This document shows positions 1 through 12,333 of a stretch of 38,464 nucleotides of DNA, one piece after another (position 1 is the first letter of the stretch; the number at the start of each line of letters is the position of its first letter). The stretch comes from Phoronis australis. Its lineage: Eukaryota; Animalia; Phoronida. The stretch covers positions 154,959-193,422 of the forward strand of contig NMRA01000050.1 in the NCBI GenBank assembly GCA_002633005.1, read 5' to 3'. The position numbers and the translations under genes were made by a program. A model generated the notes under the pieces. It saw only the letters and a list, made by a program, of their open reading frames with translations, was not told the DNA's origin and did not search any database.

Positions 1-1613
1 GAACTAATGCACGTATTGCCAAATCTTCATCGCATCATGATAACTTTTGATGGCCATTGCCACTTTATGGTTTAAGTGGATCCTAGAGTTCCAAGGCAAG
101 AAATTGAACTCATGGCAACATGGTTATGTCCCAAGTGCTACTCAGCAGCCGGTCATACTATCATCGTCTTTTAACAAGCAGTAAGAAACCTACATTGAGA
201 GAAAATAGAGTTGCATTTTCACAGAAAATTTTCTGCGGCTATAAACCCTGTTATCCGCGCAACTTAACTTTTGATTTTAACCACTTTCCTCATTCAGATG
301 AGAAAAAAGTTTTGGTCTTGCAAAGAACTGTCAGTTCATTATGGTTGTGACCATGTCAGGTTAATGAAATGGCATGCTGTGACACGTCAACCTAAAGAAA
401 CTCTCAAGTAGTAACAAATTGCTGGAGATTTTCAAGCCCAAAGTCCACACCTTATTTTTATCAAGATCAATATCATACTAATGGTACATGGTCTAAATAA
501 ACAGGTGGTTTTCGTGACATAAGGCATGCCTATATCCACTTTAAATTCCAATAGAGCATAGAGTCTTTACAAGAGCAGACACAAACCTTTGATCCAGATT
601 GTGAGGATGCAGGTGACACAGAATATAAGGACAAGGGTGAACAACAGCTCTGAATCCCTGCAAGATGACAATAGTGGCATTTGTAAGAAGACATTCAGTT
701 TAAAATTTAGTCTGAGGCCTCTACACTGAGAACTCAGACATGTATCTATGAATCTGAAACAGTGACATTGAATCGACAGATGGAATCGTAAAAGGGCAAT
801 TAAATTTTCAAAATAAGGTTTTTAGAAATCATAATTGCTCCCCACACCAAACATGATGCACAGAATTTCAACCAGCAGCTGGGGTTAGCTTGCATTTATA
901 CTACAGTGGTAAGCGAGTTGAAAATGTTCACATGCAAATTAGTTACATTACAAATGTTCTTTGCTCTACTGGACATCCTCCAAAGCACTGATACATTAGA
1001 ATAAAAACTTCACACTAAAGTATGGTTTACACAAACCTAATATAAATAACTCAAATGAAACACTGCTTCGTGCATTTCAATGTGCATTTCCATGTTTTAA
1101 TATGGAACAGTAGTGACACCATCATCTGCAAAGTGCACTCATCCTTCAAAAATATCTCAAATATTTGTCTGGTAAGCTGCTTGGCTGTATTCATAAGTTT
1201 AGGTGTAAAAGTCTAGGTCCAAGCAGTTTTTTTTAGTAAAAAAGCTCGCTACGGGGGGTTAGTTTGAAAAAGCAGATGTAAACGCTTTGATCTATGTATT
1301 TTTGTAAAAAAATCAGTGTGGGGGTTGCTGGTGCACTGCACGGTGGTAGGGGTAATGCGTTGTCGGAATCACGGACACTCCGAAATATTGGGAATCCCAT
1401 TTTGGACACCCTATTTTCGAAATCCTGAGTGAATCCCTGAATAGAAATTGAACAGGCTTTAAACAAGGCATGTTTAAATACTGTAAACGAAACAGTGATA
1501 TCTTTGGTTAGGATTGTGAGTTGTGAGTTGAATAAAATGTGAAATGTCACTCCATGAGATATTAAGGAAATGAATGAAACAATACCTCAAGGTTTCTTCA
1601 GGGGATGACCAGT

Positions 1614-1765
1614 NNNNNNNNNNNNNNNNNNNNNNNNNNNNNNNNNNNNNNNNNNNNNNNNNNNNNNNNNNNNNNNNNNNNNNNNNNNNNNNNNNNNNNN
1701 NNNNNNNNNNNNNNNNNNNNNNNNNNNNNNNNNNNNNNNNNNNNNNNNNNNNNNNNNNNNNNNNN
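1614..1765. other. Assembly gap (N run)
   Basis: Run of n bases. Confidence 0.99.
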
Positions 1766-3089
1766 NTGTACTCAGTACGACCAACACTGATATGAGCTTT
1801 CTAATAAAGCTATTGGCGTGGCCAGGTGAAGTCCCTAACACCCTCTCCCGCCACAATTCTTTACACCACCTGTCACATTGTTCTGCTAGTTGAAATCAGT
1901 CTAAAAGCCCTTTTGTACTTAATTTCGGTATGAGCAGAGTGTCGACATGAACTGGAAAGTTAATCGAACTGTTTTTACCGGCTTTGGATGTCTAAGTAAA
2001 CTGTAGCTGACGATGTTGTCATCGAAGTAATCGCAACGTAGTGCAGATGCAACACTTGTACACCAGGATTTTTAATGTGATAATTTGGGAACATTGACAT
2101 GTGCTAATGGACACAAAAAACTATTTCTAATTCGATTAGTGACTACTCGAGCAAAATATGAGCAGCTTTTAGCGACGACATTACCCTGCAATTGTCGATG
2201 ATAGCACTGGCCCCTGACAATAACTTCTTCGATGTAACCGAAGTGGATCATTCATACTACCGTGCACCACAGCATCGATGCTCCGCTTGTCTACTGTGAA
2301 GTCAACTGGCACAGTTAACTTCGATTCAAGACCGAAGTTAACCCTCCCTACTGACTGCAACTCCCCAGAACATCGCCATGTCGACGTTAGAATGAAAGGG
2401 CCTGACCAGTTTTAACTACATGTTAAAACACTAACATAGTGTAACTAGTCCGGGTCAGCGTGAATCAGTACTACTAGTAGCATTAGAACAAAAACTGCAC
2501 ACTCGAATTGAGGCTCTTCAAAATGATTTGGGTCCGATGTATGCTGACTGAGATCAGTTACCCATCAGTGAATGCTCTAACCGTGTATATGAGTCATTGA
2601 ACATTTCACAAACAGCACACTTATTACTTCAGTATGCTGTTCCCACTGGATGGTGAGCGCTTATATCCTGTTGTGTGACTCCCTCGCCACACACCTGGCA
2701 CCTTCTAATTAGCTCCAATACTTTAATCAAGTCTGCAATAAAGTTATTAATGATTAATTGGCTTATCGGTCAATTCACTAGACGACGAACTATCCTCCTC
2801 GCTGGGTGTCGACCTGGGCCGGTATTCATTCCCATTACTCAACATCGCTGCAGGGATGCTTACAGCTTTGGGCTGGAGACAGCAGCAGCACACGGCGAAT
2901 CACTGCTGGTTACCGGTGGCACGGGTGAGAGTAGATGAAGTCACTGCAGAAGCCACAGCTGGCGAAGCTTCTTGCTTCAAAATGTAATTCTCGGGAGTTG
3001 CGACGGGGCACTGTCTCGAACCAACAGCGTTGTTTTTGCAGGACCTTCATTGTACTTGCAATTTACCTAGACATTTAAGAAAGCCGGTT

Positions 3090-4100
3090 TTCTTTGATGA
3101 TTTCTTTGTGATGTGATGTGATCTGTGTGCATATTAAATTTAATGTTGGGGTCTAAAATAATGCCCAATACTGAAACTTGTAGACACTCTCGACAGAAGA
3201 TCCGTTGGTAGAAAGAGACAGTTTCTGTTGTTTTAATTTCTCTTGGGTTCCCTACAGCATAGATTTGGTATTACTAACGTTCAGAGTGAGTTTATTTTGA
3301 ACCACCCAGTCATGGATAAGGGCTAGTTCATCGTTGAGAGAAGTTTCAAGTTCAGTCCCTGATACAGCTGTGGACATAATTGCGATGTCGTCAGCACATA
3401 AAACTGGTACACTGTTGTGGAAGACAGTAGGGAGATTGTTAACAAAAATCGTGAACAATAGGGGGTCCAGAGTAGTCAGAAATAATACCACCGTACTTGG
3501 TAGCCTGTTTAGGTCGTAAAAGTAGTTTTTAAATCAAAGAAGCTCGTTACCCCCATAGGAGTCTAGTTTCTTTAATAGGTTACCATGATCCACAATCTCA
3601 AAGGCTTTCTTAAAGTCAACAAAATAGCACCTGTAAGCCTCCCCTGATCGATATTGGTAAAGGTAAACTCAGTAGCGTGTAGCCAAAGTAGAATGTGTGG
3701 GGCGGAAACCAGACTGTGCTGTCGATAGAAGGGAATTTTCCTGCAGGAACTAATGAAGCTGCTTTTTGACACAACTTTCAAGATTTTTGGACACTGCAAT
3801 GAGGACCGATATCGGTCTATAATTCTCGCAACTGTACTTTTCACCGTCATTAAAAACAGGAGTACTGCCTGCCATCTTCCAATGATTAGGAATTGTCGAC
3901 GTTTTTTAAACTTGACATCATGATATTGGTAAGCGGCTCAGCTATTTGCGTACACGCCAGTTTTAATTGTTTGCTATCGATGCCACTTGCACTACTCAAG
4001 CTTAAGAGTTTTTATTTGTGCTCTTACGTAGTCAACTTGAATGGTCTGAAACTTAAATGGTATTCCCTTCTGTACCTTGGGCGGGAGTTAAAATAGTTGA
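3090..4100 (-). pseudogene. Degenerate non-LTR (LINE, CR1/L2-like) reverse transcriptase fragment
   Basis: RT motifs occur in the expected order across frameshifts and stops on the minus strand: WKMA..TPVF, YRPISVL..VSKNLE, FVDFKKAFEIVDHGNLLKKLDSYG, PLLFTIFVNNLP, LCADD (YADD box), WVVQNKLTLNVSNTKSM, GIILDPNIKF. Confidence 0.9.
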
Positions 4101-5528
4101 CGCACTGAATTTGTATGCCGATTTTAGCCAATGCCAGTAAAAAATCACCAAATGCATTTGGTGTGGTAAAATAAACATTTAAGCTAAAATCTGTATTCAA
4201 TTTAGTTTAATTGAGAAAAATCAATGTCATGTCAAAAGAGCATTAGTTGGTCCTACATGTAGGTTTCGAATAAGGGTGTATGCGTAAACATCCGTTTCAT
4301 GAAATTTTTAACAAAATGAAGCGGAAGCAGAATCTTTACGAAAATGCGTAGTGGAAACATTTTAAAGCAATAAAATGCTACGATTCCTTTTCAAAATTTG
4401 CTGAAAACGTTTTTAGTGCATCAAAGTCTAAAAATAATTGCTAGGAAAAAATATTTCAGTAACTAGCAGTGATGTACATACTCTTCGAAAATTTGCATTT
4501 TGTTCAAAGGAGATCTAAATATATCTTAAAATAGCTGTAAGACCAAGTTTCATTCTTAACTTTAAGCCACAGTTCATAAAACAGACTCCAAGTGCCAGGG
4601 GCCTGATTGCGAAGAATCTATAGCCAAATGCTGATTTGTTTTTGGCTTTTGTTTTTAGTGTACTACCGAGCACGCTACGGATTCCTCTGTTTTGGCTTCG
4701 ACTTTGTGAAACAGGCAAAGCAGAGCGTGGTTCCAATTTCTGGAACAGTAGATAATTTGCAAACGTCGAAACTGTCGAGTTTTCAGTAAGGCCGTTGACG
4801 CTGCTACATACAGAAAAGGGAAGTCTGTATGCACAACGATAACTCTGAGCCATGCGCACACCCAACCTAAATATAGGGGGGGGCTAGAATTTTTTGATAT
4901 GCGCACCTTTTACTGGAGGAGATCAACAAGGACTAAATAAAAATGGGGCCACTGTGTTCAGGCCCAGGAATTGTGCATTAGCGCCGAGTTTCCGTAAATT
5001 TTGAGGAATTTTGTCTCGTTTGCTTGGACATTTTGTTTCGTTGAGGTGGACCTTCGTGCCCAACTCACCAAATTGGGGGGCTCGTTCAAACTGCTCGTAA
5101 ATATTTGGACTCAAATTCGGATATGTAATGTGGTCCAGAAGGAGAATGTTCTCACGTTACATGTACCTTCCACCAAATTTTCAAATCAGGCGTGCTTAAA
5201 TGATTGATTGCACCTCATTGCATACTCAGAAGGATTTTTTTAGTTTGAGAATGACCTGACGAAATTGTTTACATGTATCCGTACATGCATTGCTGGAAAT
5301 GGGGACAGCTCACAAATCTGAAGGTTCACTTCTCCAAAAATATCTAAAACTTCGAACTTGGGTTTAACTTTATACCTTTTTATGCAAAAGTAAACGATAC
5401 TACGGTTATTAGATGAGCTGAGTGGTGTACCTATACCGAAAACAACGCCCGGGCACTATTGAATTCATGGGCACACAAAATTGCCCGCATGTCTTACGAA
5501 TACGGAAAATGAGTACGTTCTTGCACTT

Positions 5529-6172
5529 TTAAAAGGATTCCAAACCCGGTTTTGGCCTACTGACAATGTTTAAAAATGACTTTCCCAATCCAGTTCTCTG
5601 AAACAAAATGATACTCTGTAACCCTTGACAACTCTCAAAACCTAAAAAATTTGCACTCCTTTCAAAGTTTGCTAAACGGGCAAACGTGACCTACGCTTTT
5701 TGTGAATTGCGTGGCCACTGTGGGAAAAAACACCCACCAAGGACCATAATGTCCAAACTGTGACATTGGCTGCATAGATTTTTAACTGATCCCTTCCTTA
5801 AAAAGGATTCTAAGCCCTGTTTGGATGATTTTAACCAATCGTCGTTCTCGGACCTGCTGGTGCATAAGTAGCGTCAAAGATAAAAACAGGAATTAATTAT
5901 CTAAGAATTCATACCCACTATCTCACGAATAGGACGTTGTGGTGCTTGATGGGTGGTGTTTTCCCAAAGATGCCATGTCACTCGCTAAAGACGTAAGTCA
6001 CGCTTCCCCCTTTAGCAGACTTTTATAGGAGTTTTCTAATTTTCCTCAATTCTGTTGATGGTTGTCTAGCCCATTACAGAGCATTACATGTATTTTTGTT
6101 TCAGAGAACTGGATACGAAAGTCGTTTTAGTATCTGTTAATGGGCCAAAACCTCGTTTGGTATACTTTTTAA
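5529..6172. mobile_element. Foldback/MITE-like element with long imperfect inverted arms, TTAA at both ends
   Basis: Arm ~5530-5800 is the reverse complement of ~5885-6170, e.g. atccagttctctgaaacaaaa vs ttttgtttcagagaactggat, and aaagtttgctaaacgggcaaacgtgacctacg vs cgtaagtcacgcttccccctttagcagacttt. TTAA at 5529-5532 and 6169-6172. Confidence 0.75.
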
Positions 6173-7643
6173 CACAGAAGATTGGCGCTAGTGATGCATT
6201 AGCAGTTGACAGAACGAGAATTGTGGGAAATAATCGCAGGGTTTAGTAACCTTTTGAGGGAATATGAAGTAAAAATATTGATGAATTATCAGCCACGTTA
6301 CATTCATCAAATCCATGTCAAGGTTGCACCATTTCGCAGCCTGAGCAAACCTCACCTGACAGAACCGCGCACACGGCCAGTCGGAACTAAATGTAATTAT
6401 AATGCTACCCTGTCCCCGGCTGCAAGTCTTCACAATGTCACAGAGTCCCATTCAGTAGTCTTAATTTAAAACCGCAATTGGTTGCCGCGCAGCCCTGACA
6501 CATGCCTCAGATGTTGTCCATGCCTGAGAACGAGTTGATACTTAGATCCAAGAATCACAATGGGGCTATTCGGAAAATTTACATTAACTAGAGGGCGCCC
6601 GTGTACTAGTGGTGATACACAAGCAGCCTCGATTTCGCGAGCCCTTTAAATACATGGTGAATTGGCTTGCAGCGGTGCCAACTGAATCTGAGATTGCGTG
6701 AAAAGGGTGCTTCTATGAGAAGTAAGCACGCCCTTATACAAAGTTAAGGTTTGTGATTATTTTAACGATTATTCCATGTTCATTCTACTCATGCCTGTTA
6801 ATTGAGGTACTCGCCGATGTCGACTTCGCGGCAGTCGCCAGTCGGGTCAATCTTTGTTGTGATGTATATTACTATACTTGACGTAGCACTCGGCATCCTT
6901 TCGTACATCAAAGCAGTATTAATGTTTGGAATGATTTCTGACATGTTTATCAGTGGCAGTTAAATCAATCAATGTTGAATGTTTACGCTGTCAACTACTT
7001 ATTGGTTACTGAGTTAAGATTACAATCCAAGCCCAATGGCAAAGGGTACGTGACAAATATCCATTAGACTATTTGTTTACTCCCTATCCTATGTTTTGCG
7101 GAAATCTATTGCACGTTGAAATGGAATCTATCATGTCTGTTTTCACTTGACCTTTGGTTTTTAGGTTTGAAGACTTGTACCTTGCAGAGGAAACATGCAT
7201 CGCTTCTTCACCGTTCCTGAATGGACAAAAAATTGGTTTTAAGCATTTGACTGCAGCTAAGCAGCAAGATCTTTCCATTCAGTGCAGATCTGTTGTCAAA
7301 GCGTATTTTCTTTATTGGAGACAACGAGCAAAGCGTTTGACAAGGAAGAGCTATTTTTAAAGAAAGGTATGTAAGACATTTTGTTAATTTACGTATTCAG
7401 GTCCTTAGCGGGGGTTGGCATAGGGGGTTGGGGTTGTAACATTTCGTGCAACTGAATGTGTGAAAATAACAGGTAGGCCTAATACATGTTTGGGGGAAAG
7501 AGCATGGTGAGGTAATTCTTAACCTTCATGAAGTCCCTTCAAGTTTATTTCATGAAACTGTTTTGCTATCAATTGTAAACCCATAAAATATATTACATTT
7601 TCTGAATTCTCAGTGCCTGAATAGTCCTAACTCATGCCCTGAA

Positions 7644-7797
7644 CAGTGGCGGATTTAGATGGGGGGCAAGGGGGCCAAGGCACCCCAAAAATTCTCCCAG
7701 ATTCCTTGGCAGTACGGGGGTGCGAATGTCTGTGGGGCAAAATCCTGGCGAATACTCTGCCCTGCCCCCCCAACTCAAAATCTGGGATCCGCGCCTG
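7644..7797. mobile_element. MITE (CAGTGGCGGAT-type termini) nested in the ISL2EU-like element
   Basis: Imperfect TIRs cagtggcggattt / ggatccgcgcctg. 5-bp TSD ctgaa at 7639-7643 and 7798-7802. Confidence 0.85.
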
Positions 7798-8295
7798 CTG
7801 AAATGTTGCAAGTCGTTTATAATTTCAAAAAACTGCCATTTTTTGAAAAATACACTTTTGATGTTGCCTTATGATTTGCAATTACTCTTAAACAACAGAA
7901 AGATTATCGATCATTTTTTAAATGACCCAAGTCTTAGTAGTAGAAGAAAAATAAAAAGTCTGAGATACAGTTTCCTCAGCCTTAGCCTAGAAGTTTGCTT
8001 CAAAGACCCATGGTTCTGTAATCGGAATTTAACATTGCTGAAAGTATCAAAAATAAAAAGGCTTGAAAATGAGTAACAAAGGTTTGAAATTGTCTCAAAA
8101 AGCTTGCATATTTTGCAGACAAGTGATGCGTTTAAGGGATTGTTATGGCTACGAATGAAAAATAAAGACGCAGTATTATACAATACTTGTGTGAAATTGT
8201 AGAGCAGTCACCGTATCATATTTTCGAAAAACAGGGGCAGCATTTGTGACCCAATATGGAGTACTTAATTAATCATATTTCAATATTTGTTCCAG

Positions 8296-8818
8296 GTTCA
8301 GTGACATTTTAAGGCCACTTCAAGCCGCAACATAGACAAGCTTTGTTACTCCTTTCTCTTCCCACAGCATTTCCACACACCAGCAGTGCTACATGGCACA
8401 ATGTAAAAGTCAGTGGCCCTGGAGAAATGTGAACCGCACTACTAAGTTACCATAATTCAATGGGACTGTGGATTCTTCGTGTATGAAGAGGAACTATATC
8501 TGACTTTTACACAAGTCAGCCTCGTCGGTGAGGATACCCTTCCATAGGCAATGAGGCATGTGTGGACAATAGCTTATTTCTTTTCCTGGAAGAAACATGA
8601 GGGACTGAAGCTAAAGAAGACCTGATGACATTCTGTTCTAGTTCGGGGTCAGATTTTGGGCACAAAACGAGTCAAGCGATATGCTGTTGTGTGGACCTTC
8701 AAGGATCTAATTTTGGATATTATTGAGGCTGAATGAGGTTAGATGAAGGAAAGCCACGTGTCCCACGTGTCGAAACTGGACCTTTTTTGCAAGCGCTTCT
8801 ATAAGCCATTGAAATTAG
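8296..8818 (+). pseudogene. YqaJ-like viral recombinase/exonuclease domain pseudogene
   Basis: After a candidate acceptor (ttgttccag) the broken frames read FSDIL..RNIDKLCYSFLFPQHFHTPAVLHGTM*KSVALEK, DCGFFVYEEELYL and VRGQILGTKRVKRYAVVWTFKDL. These match the YqaJ motifs HG..E..A, CG.F+ and QVQGQ..C.FVVWT. Confidence 0.8.
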
Positions 8819-9559
8819 ATCCCAATGAAATGAAGACCATGGGCATAGGGTATAAATACCTGTCCTTTCTCATTGAATGACATTAACTTTTCCTTTCAGA
8901 AGGAATGCTTTATACTAATCGTAAAAAATTTTCAACTTGGCACAAATTATGGGGAAATGACATTCAGTGACTGTATCGATTGTCTTATTGTCTGTAGAAA
9001 GCTCGTTAATGTTACACTTTGATGATCGAATAAATATTTCATCAACAGGCAAGTTTGTCACTAATTATTAAAACCACAACATTTCTTCACTTTTATAAAA
9101 AGCCCCATACAGTGCAGTTATGCTTACTCTTTATAAAGCTGAAACGATTACCGAATATGCTTGCGAATTGTCATTTTCCTGTTGACCTATAGAAATGTAC
9201 AGCGGTCAAAATGAAGTATACCTTTTGTTTGCATGAACTTTCTTAAGAAGGCCTTTGAACAATTTTAAGTTTTCTGTTAACTTGTCAATAAACAAAAGTT
9301 CCACATGCAAGAAAGGTATGTTTTCAATTGTAGCTAGCTGGATAAGGATCTGCTATGCACAAGAATCGGGAATAAAAAATTATCGGTGCGTCACGTACCA
9401 CATACAACCCTTATGTTGGGCGCATTCCCACCCAGGACAATATGTGAATATGTGCTGCTAGCCTAGCCGGCATCCGAGTCCCGAGTGAGTTTCCGAAAAG
9501 AAACAATTAGTTCCACTCAATACTCAGTGGGGTAACTGGTGGGGAAAACATCACCGAAC

Positions 9560-9814
9560 GATGTCGATAGAAAGTGGTTGCTAATGACTTACCAGGTAAC
9601 GTTTCAGTATGTAGACCCCTAATGGAAATGCAAAGAGCCCACAAGGGGCTTCGGCATCCACACACTTTTTGTCGGTTGGTTGACCCTTTTGACCACAATT
9701 CTCCACGAATGTAGTCACCTTAGGTCTTTTGGGAATTTTGACTAACTGTCGAAGACTTGCACCAAGGAAAATAGCAATAATAAGGGTTAGCGTGACGACG
9801 TATTTTGGTAACAT
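9560..9814 (-). pseudogene. THAP zinc-finger domain relic (leftward)
   Basis: The minus frame reads KFPKDLR*LHSWRIVVKRVNQPTKSVWMPKPLVGSLHF, matching the THAP pattern FP..W...(V)CS.HF. Confidence 0.7.
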
Positions 9815-9851
9815 TTCCGTCTTTTACGAGCTGTTTAGATGCAGAAAGCGA

Positions 9852-9996
9852 CGCATGCGCAATTCAATCACCACTTGTACAGCAGCGAAACCGCGAGAAT
9901 TCTCCCTATCGCTAGGATTATGACGGACGACTTAACTGACCAATCAGAACGCAGCATTCTTGGCACACCTTCGTCTGCGTTTCCAAGCCGCCATTT
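9852..9996. promoter_or_regulatory. Putative bidirectional promoter between the divergent THAP relics
   Basis: NRF1-like cgcatgcgca (9852-9861), CCAAT box gaccaatcag (9938-9947) and YY1-like gccgccattt (9987-9996). Confidence 0.45.
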
Positions 9997-10066
9997 AACC
10001 CGACAAACCACACACAGTCGAGTAAAACTTACTTTAGTCTATAGCTCAAGAAATTGTCCGCTAAGA

Positions 10067-10287
10067 ATGGAGAAACGCTATTGATATAGCGTATGTAGCA
10101 CCGACAGCCGTTATGCTGCTCCAGAATAATATCCCGTCATTTTTAGCATGTCCAAAGCCGAAAACTGATGTTGAAAAGCGTAAACTATGGATCAAACTGT
10201 ACGGCCACACGAGCAGCTGAACTTAGCGATGTTGCTTGATAACTCGAAGGCTATAATAAACACAAATACATGTATATTAGTTCCAAG
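10067..10287 (+). pseudogene. THAP zinc-finger domain relic (rightward)
   Basis: Across stops and frameshifts: MEKRY*YSVCSTDSRY...PKPKTDVEKRKLWIKL..RPHEQLN...YMYISSK. This matches the THAP pattern C..C...FP...W...YVCSK. Confidence 0.8.
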
Positions 10288-10964
10288 ATACGCACTTTTC
10301 AGCTTAGTGGTGGCTATGGTGCAGGGCTATCTCAGATTTTGACTCCCGAGTCTCCTACGTCTGGCCACCTTTGTCTCGGCACCTGCTGGATCTCAGCACT
10401 CTAGCTGTAGTCCCCGGATATTGTTGTTTTCAAAGACATTTTTATTTTGTTTTTTTTTAATTATGTCAACCTAATGGAAATTATTTTGTTTCGTATCAGA
10501 GGTGCATTTTTGTTATTCATGAACCGTAGACTGGCGTTCAACTGAACTTCTCTCCCGGTCAAAATTCAGAGATTCGATCGGCACAGGGAAGGGCACTGGA
10601 TTATTGCCAGAACTCAAAGCCTTGGTCGAGCTGTTGTCACTAAAAATAAACTGTTGAATTACTTTATTACGTGTACCTCTAGTATACACTAAGTCTGCAG
10701 AGAGAGCTCATTTTGGAGTGGTTCAAACATGATATTTAGATTTATGAAGCTCTAAAAAGAATTTGAGTTATTTTTGTAAATACCCTATTTTTGCAACTAC
10801 CACACCAGACTTGTAATCTTTTGTAACCATACCACGACTTAGTGATCCATGCTACCTTCAAAATTAAATGAAAGCTACCTTTATGGAGTGAAACTACAAA
10901 AAATGCCAAGTTCATATGAAGGTAGACCTAATTTAAATGTCTTAATGGTGCAAACGGACAATTC

Positions 10965-11281
10965 CATAGGCGGATTTAGGGGGGAGGGCAGGGGCCACAA
11001 CTTCCCCAACCCTTGGCTGCCGCAAGCAAAATGAAACAGCAAGAACGTGAGGAAGTATTGAGTTCAGTAACTAGGACCGGTAGCAGAAGAGGGGGGGGGG
11101 GCTCAGACCCCAGATCGCGGCGGAATCGTGTTCCTGTTTATTTTAGTCCACCGATAGATTTTCTGAACAGAAGGTCCAACGGTCTACAACCCTGGCCGCC
11201 TGTGCACATACAATCGCACTTTGCCCAATTCCACGAGGTAACATATGTTGGCCCACCTGTAGTATCCTAGATACGCCACTG
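10965..11281. mobile_element. MITE (same terminal type as 7644-7797)
   Basis: TIRs cataggcggatttagg / cctagatacgccactg. Perfect 5-bp TSD aattc at 10960-10964 and 11282-11286. Confidence 0.88.
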
Positions 11282-11900
11282 AATTCCAGACAGCCCTAGA
11301 CCTAACGGAGGACGAGATGGGTGTGTACCTGAGCTATGAACCTGAATTTTTTGATCAAAATATTTCGTTACAAGATTAGAAAAGCTATCGAGTCGATGTG
11401 TTGTCTGTAATCTATGACCTACTTTAATCCAGGAGTCCCACCAGTTGTGACCTATTTTTCATTTGGCGAAATTGAGCAGACGACAGAATAAAAATATCGG
11501 TGAATCTTCACTGATTTTATTCGAAAGATCATGAAATCTACGGTATAGTACGCATAATTCGACTTTAAGGTACATACCTAGCTTTACAAGAACATATCGT
11601 ATCAGTGGCCTTGTCGTTTGTCACTGGTGGCCCTGAGCCCGAAGGATTCTTCGGATTTTCGCAGGCTCCTCGAGCACTTATTTTTTATCGTCACCTTTAC
11701 AAATTCTCATATCATGAACGTACTATTCACTGTTGAAAAGCATCGCCTCTTGTCTCTGCCGACTCGTTTTCAAATAGTGCAAAAACACTCATCGATTCCA
11801 CCAGGAACGTCGTTTAGCGACAGTGTAATTGCCTCTGACATTTCGTTCGAATGTCGGGTATCACGTGACTTTTCGCATATTGGCGGAGCTTGCGATAGGT

Positions 11901-12333
11901 CAATTGTGCATTGCTGGGTAGCCACTGAGAAATTGGCTGCGATTTTAGGTAACCCTCAAACAAGCCAGAATTGCCAAAAAACTAGTTGGTTGACAGTTTT
12001 TTTGGACCACATTTTCGGAGTCTGTAGGAAAGTTGCTTTCAGAATCTATTGTTGGTTTTAGTCGTGCATCGGCAGGGAAGTGGTGTTTTTGGGGGTGAAA
12101 AGTGCCGATTTTGCACTTTTTGGCCCTATTTTTCTTAGTCTAGCTTGGTTTTCAGTGGGATTGAAATGGTCAAAAATACAAGAGAGAATAAAGTTTCTGG
12201 GCTCATCTGCAGGGCTTTTTATGTGAAATATCTGAAAACATGTCATCCTTTGCATCCTGTTTTTGACAGAGTGAAGAAAAGGTGACAAAGCAACTGATGT
12301 GGGTTTTGCCCAGCAGAACTGTTCTGTGCCTCC
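11901..12333. repeat. Long terminal direct repeat, copy 1 (left end probably truncated)
   Basis: caattgtgcattgctgggtagc...aactgttctgtgcctcc is highly similar to 15554-15991 in the same orientation. Confidence 0.95.

Larger units (their letters stand above)
6562..9106 (+). mobile_element. ISL2EU-like (PIF/Harbinger-related) DNA transposon relic
   Basis: Short imperfect TIRs (ggggctattcggaaaa / ttttataaaaagcccc) flanked by an AT duplication (6560-6561, 9107-9108). It contains a YqaJ exonuclease relic, which is the known accessory protein of ISL2EU. Confidence 0.65.

Noticed and set aside
1-720. Coding-like decayed stretch (e.g. WLCPKCY, acidic segment)
   Set aside because: Many stops and no recognisable family motif.
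1766-1855. LTR-like 3' end (aataaa, ends ...ccaca)
   Set aside because: The 5' part is in the gap, and no partner LTR, PBS or TSD is visible.
2700-3050. Possible Gypsy pol C-terminal tail on the minus strand (STPSERIVRR)
   Set aside because: Only a vague low-complexity resemblance, with no integrase motifs.
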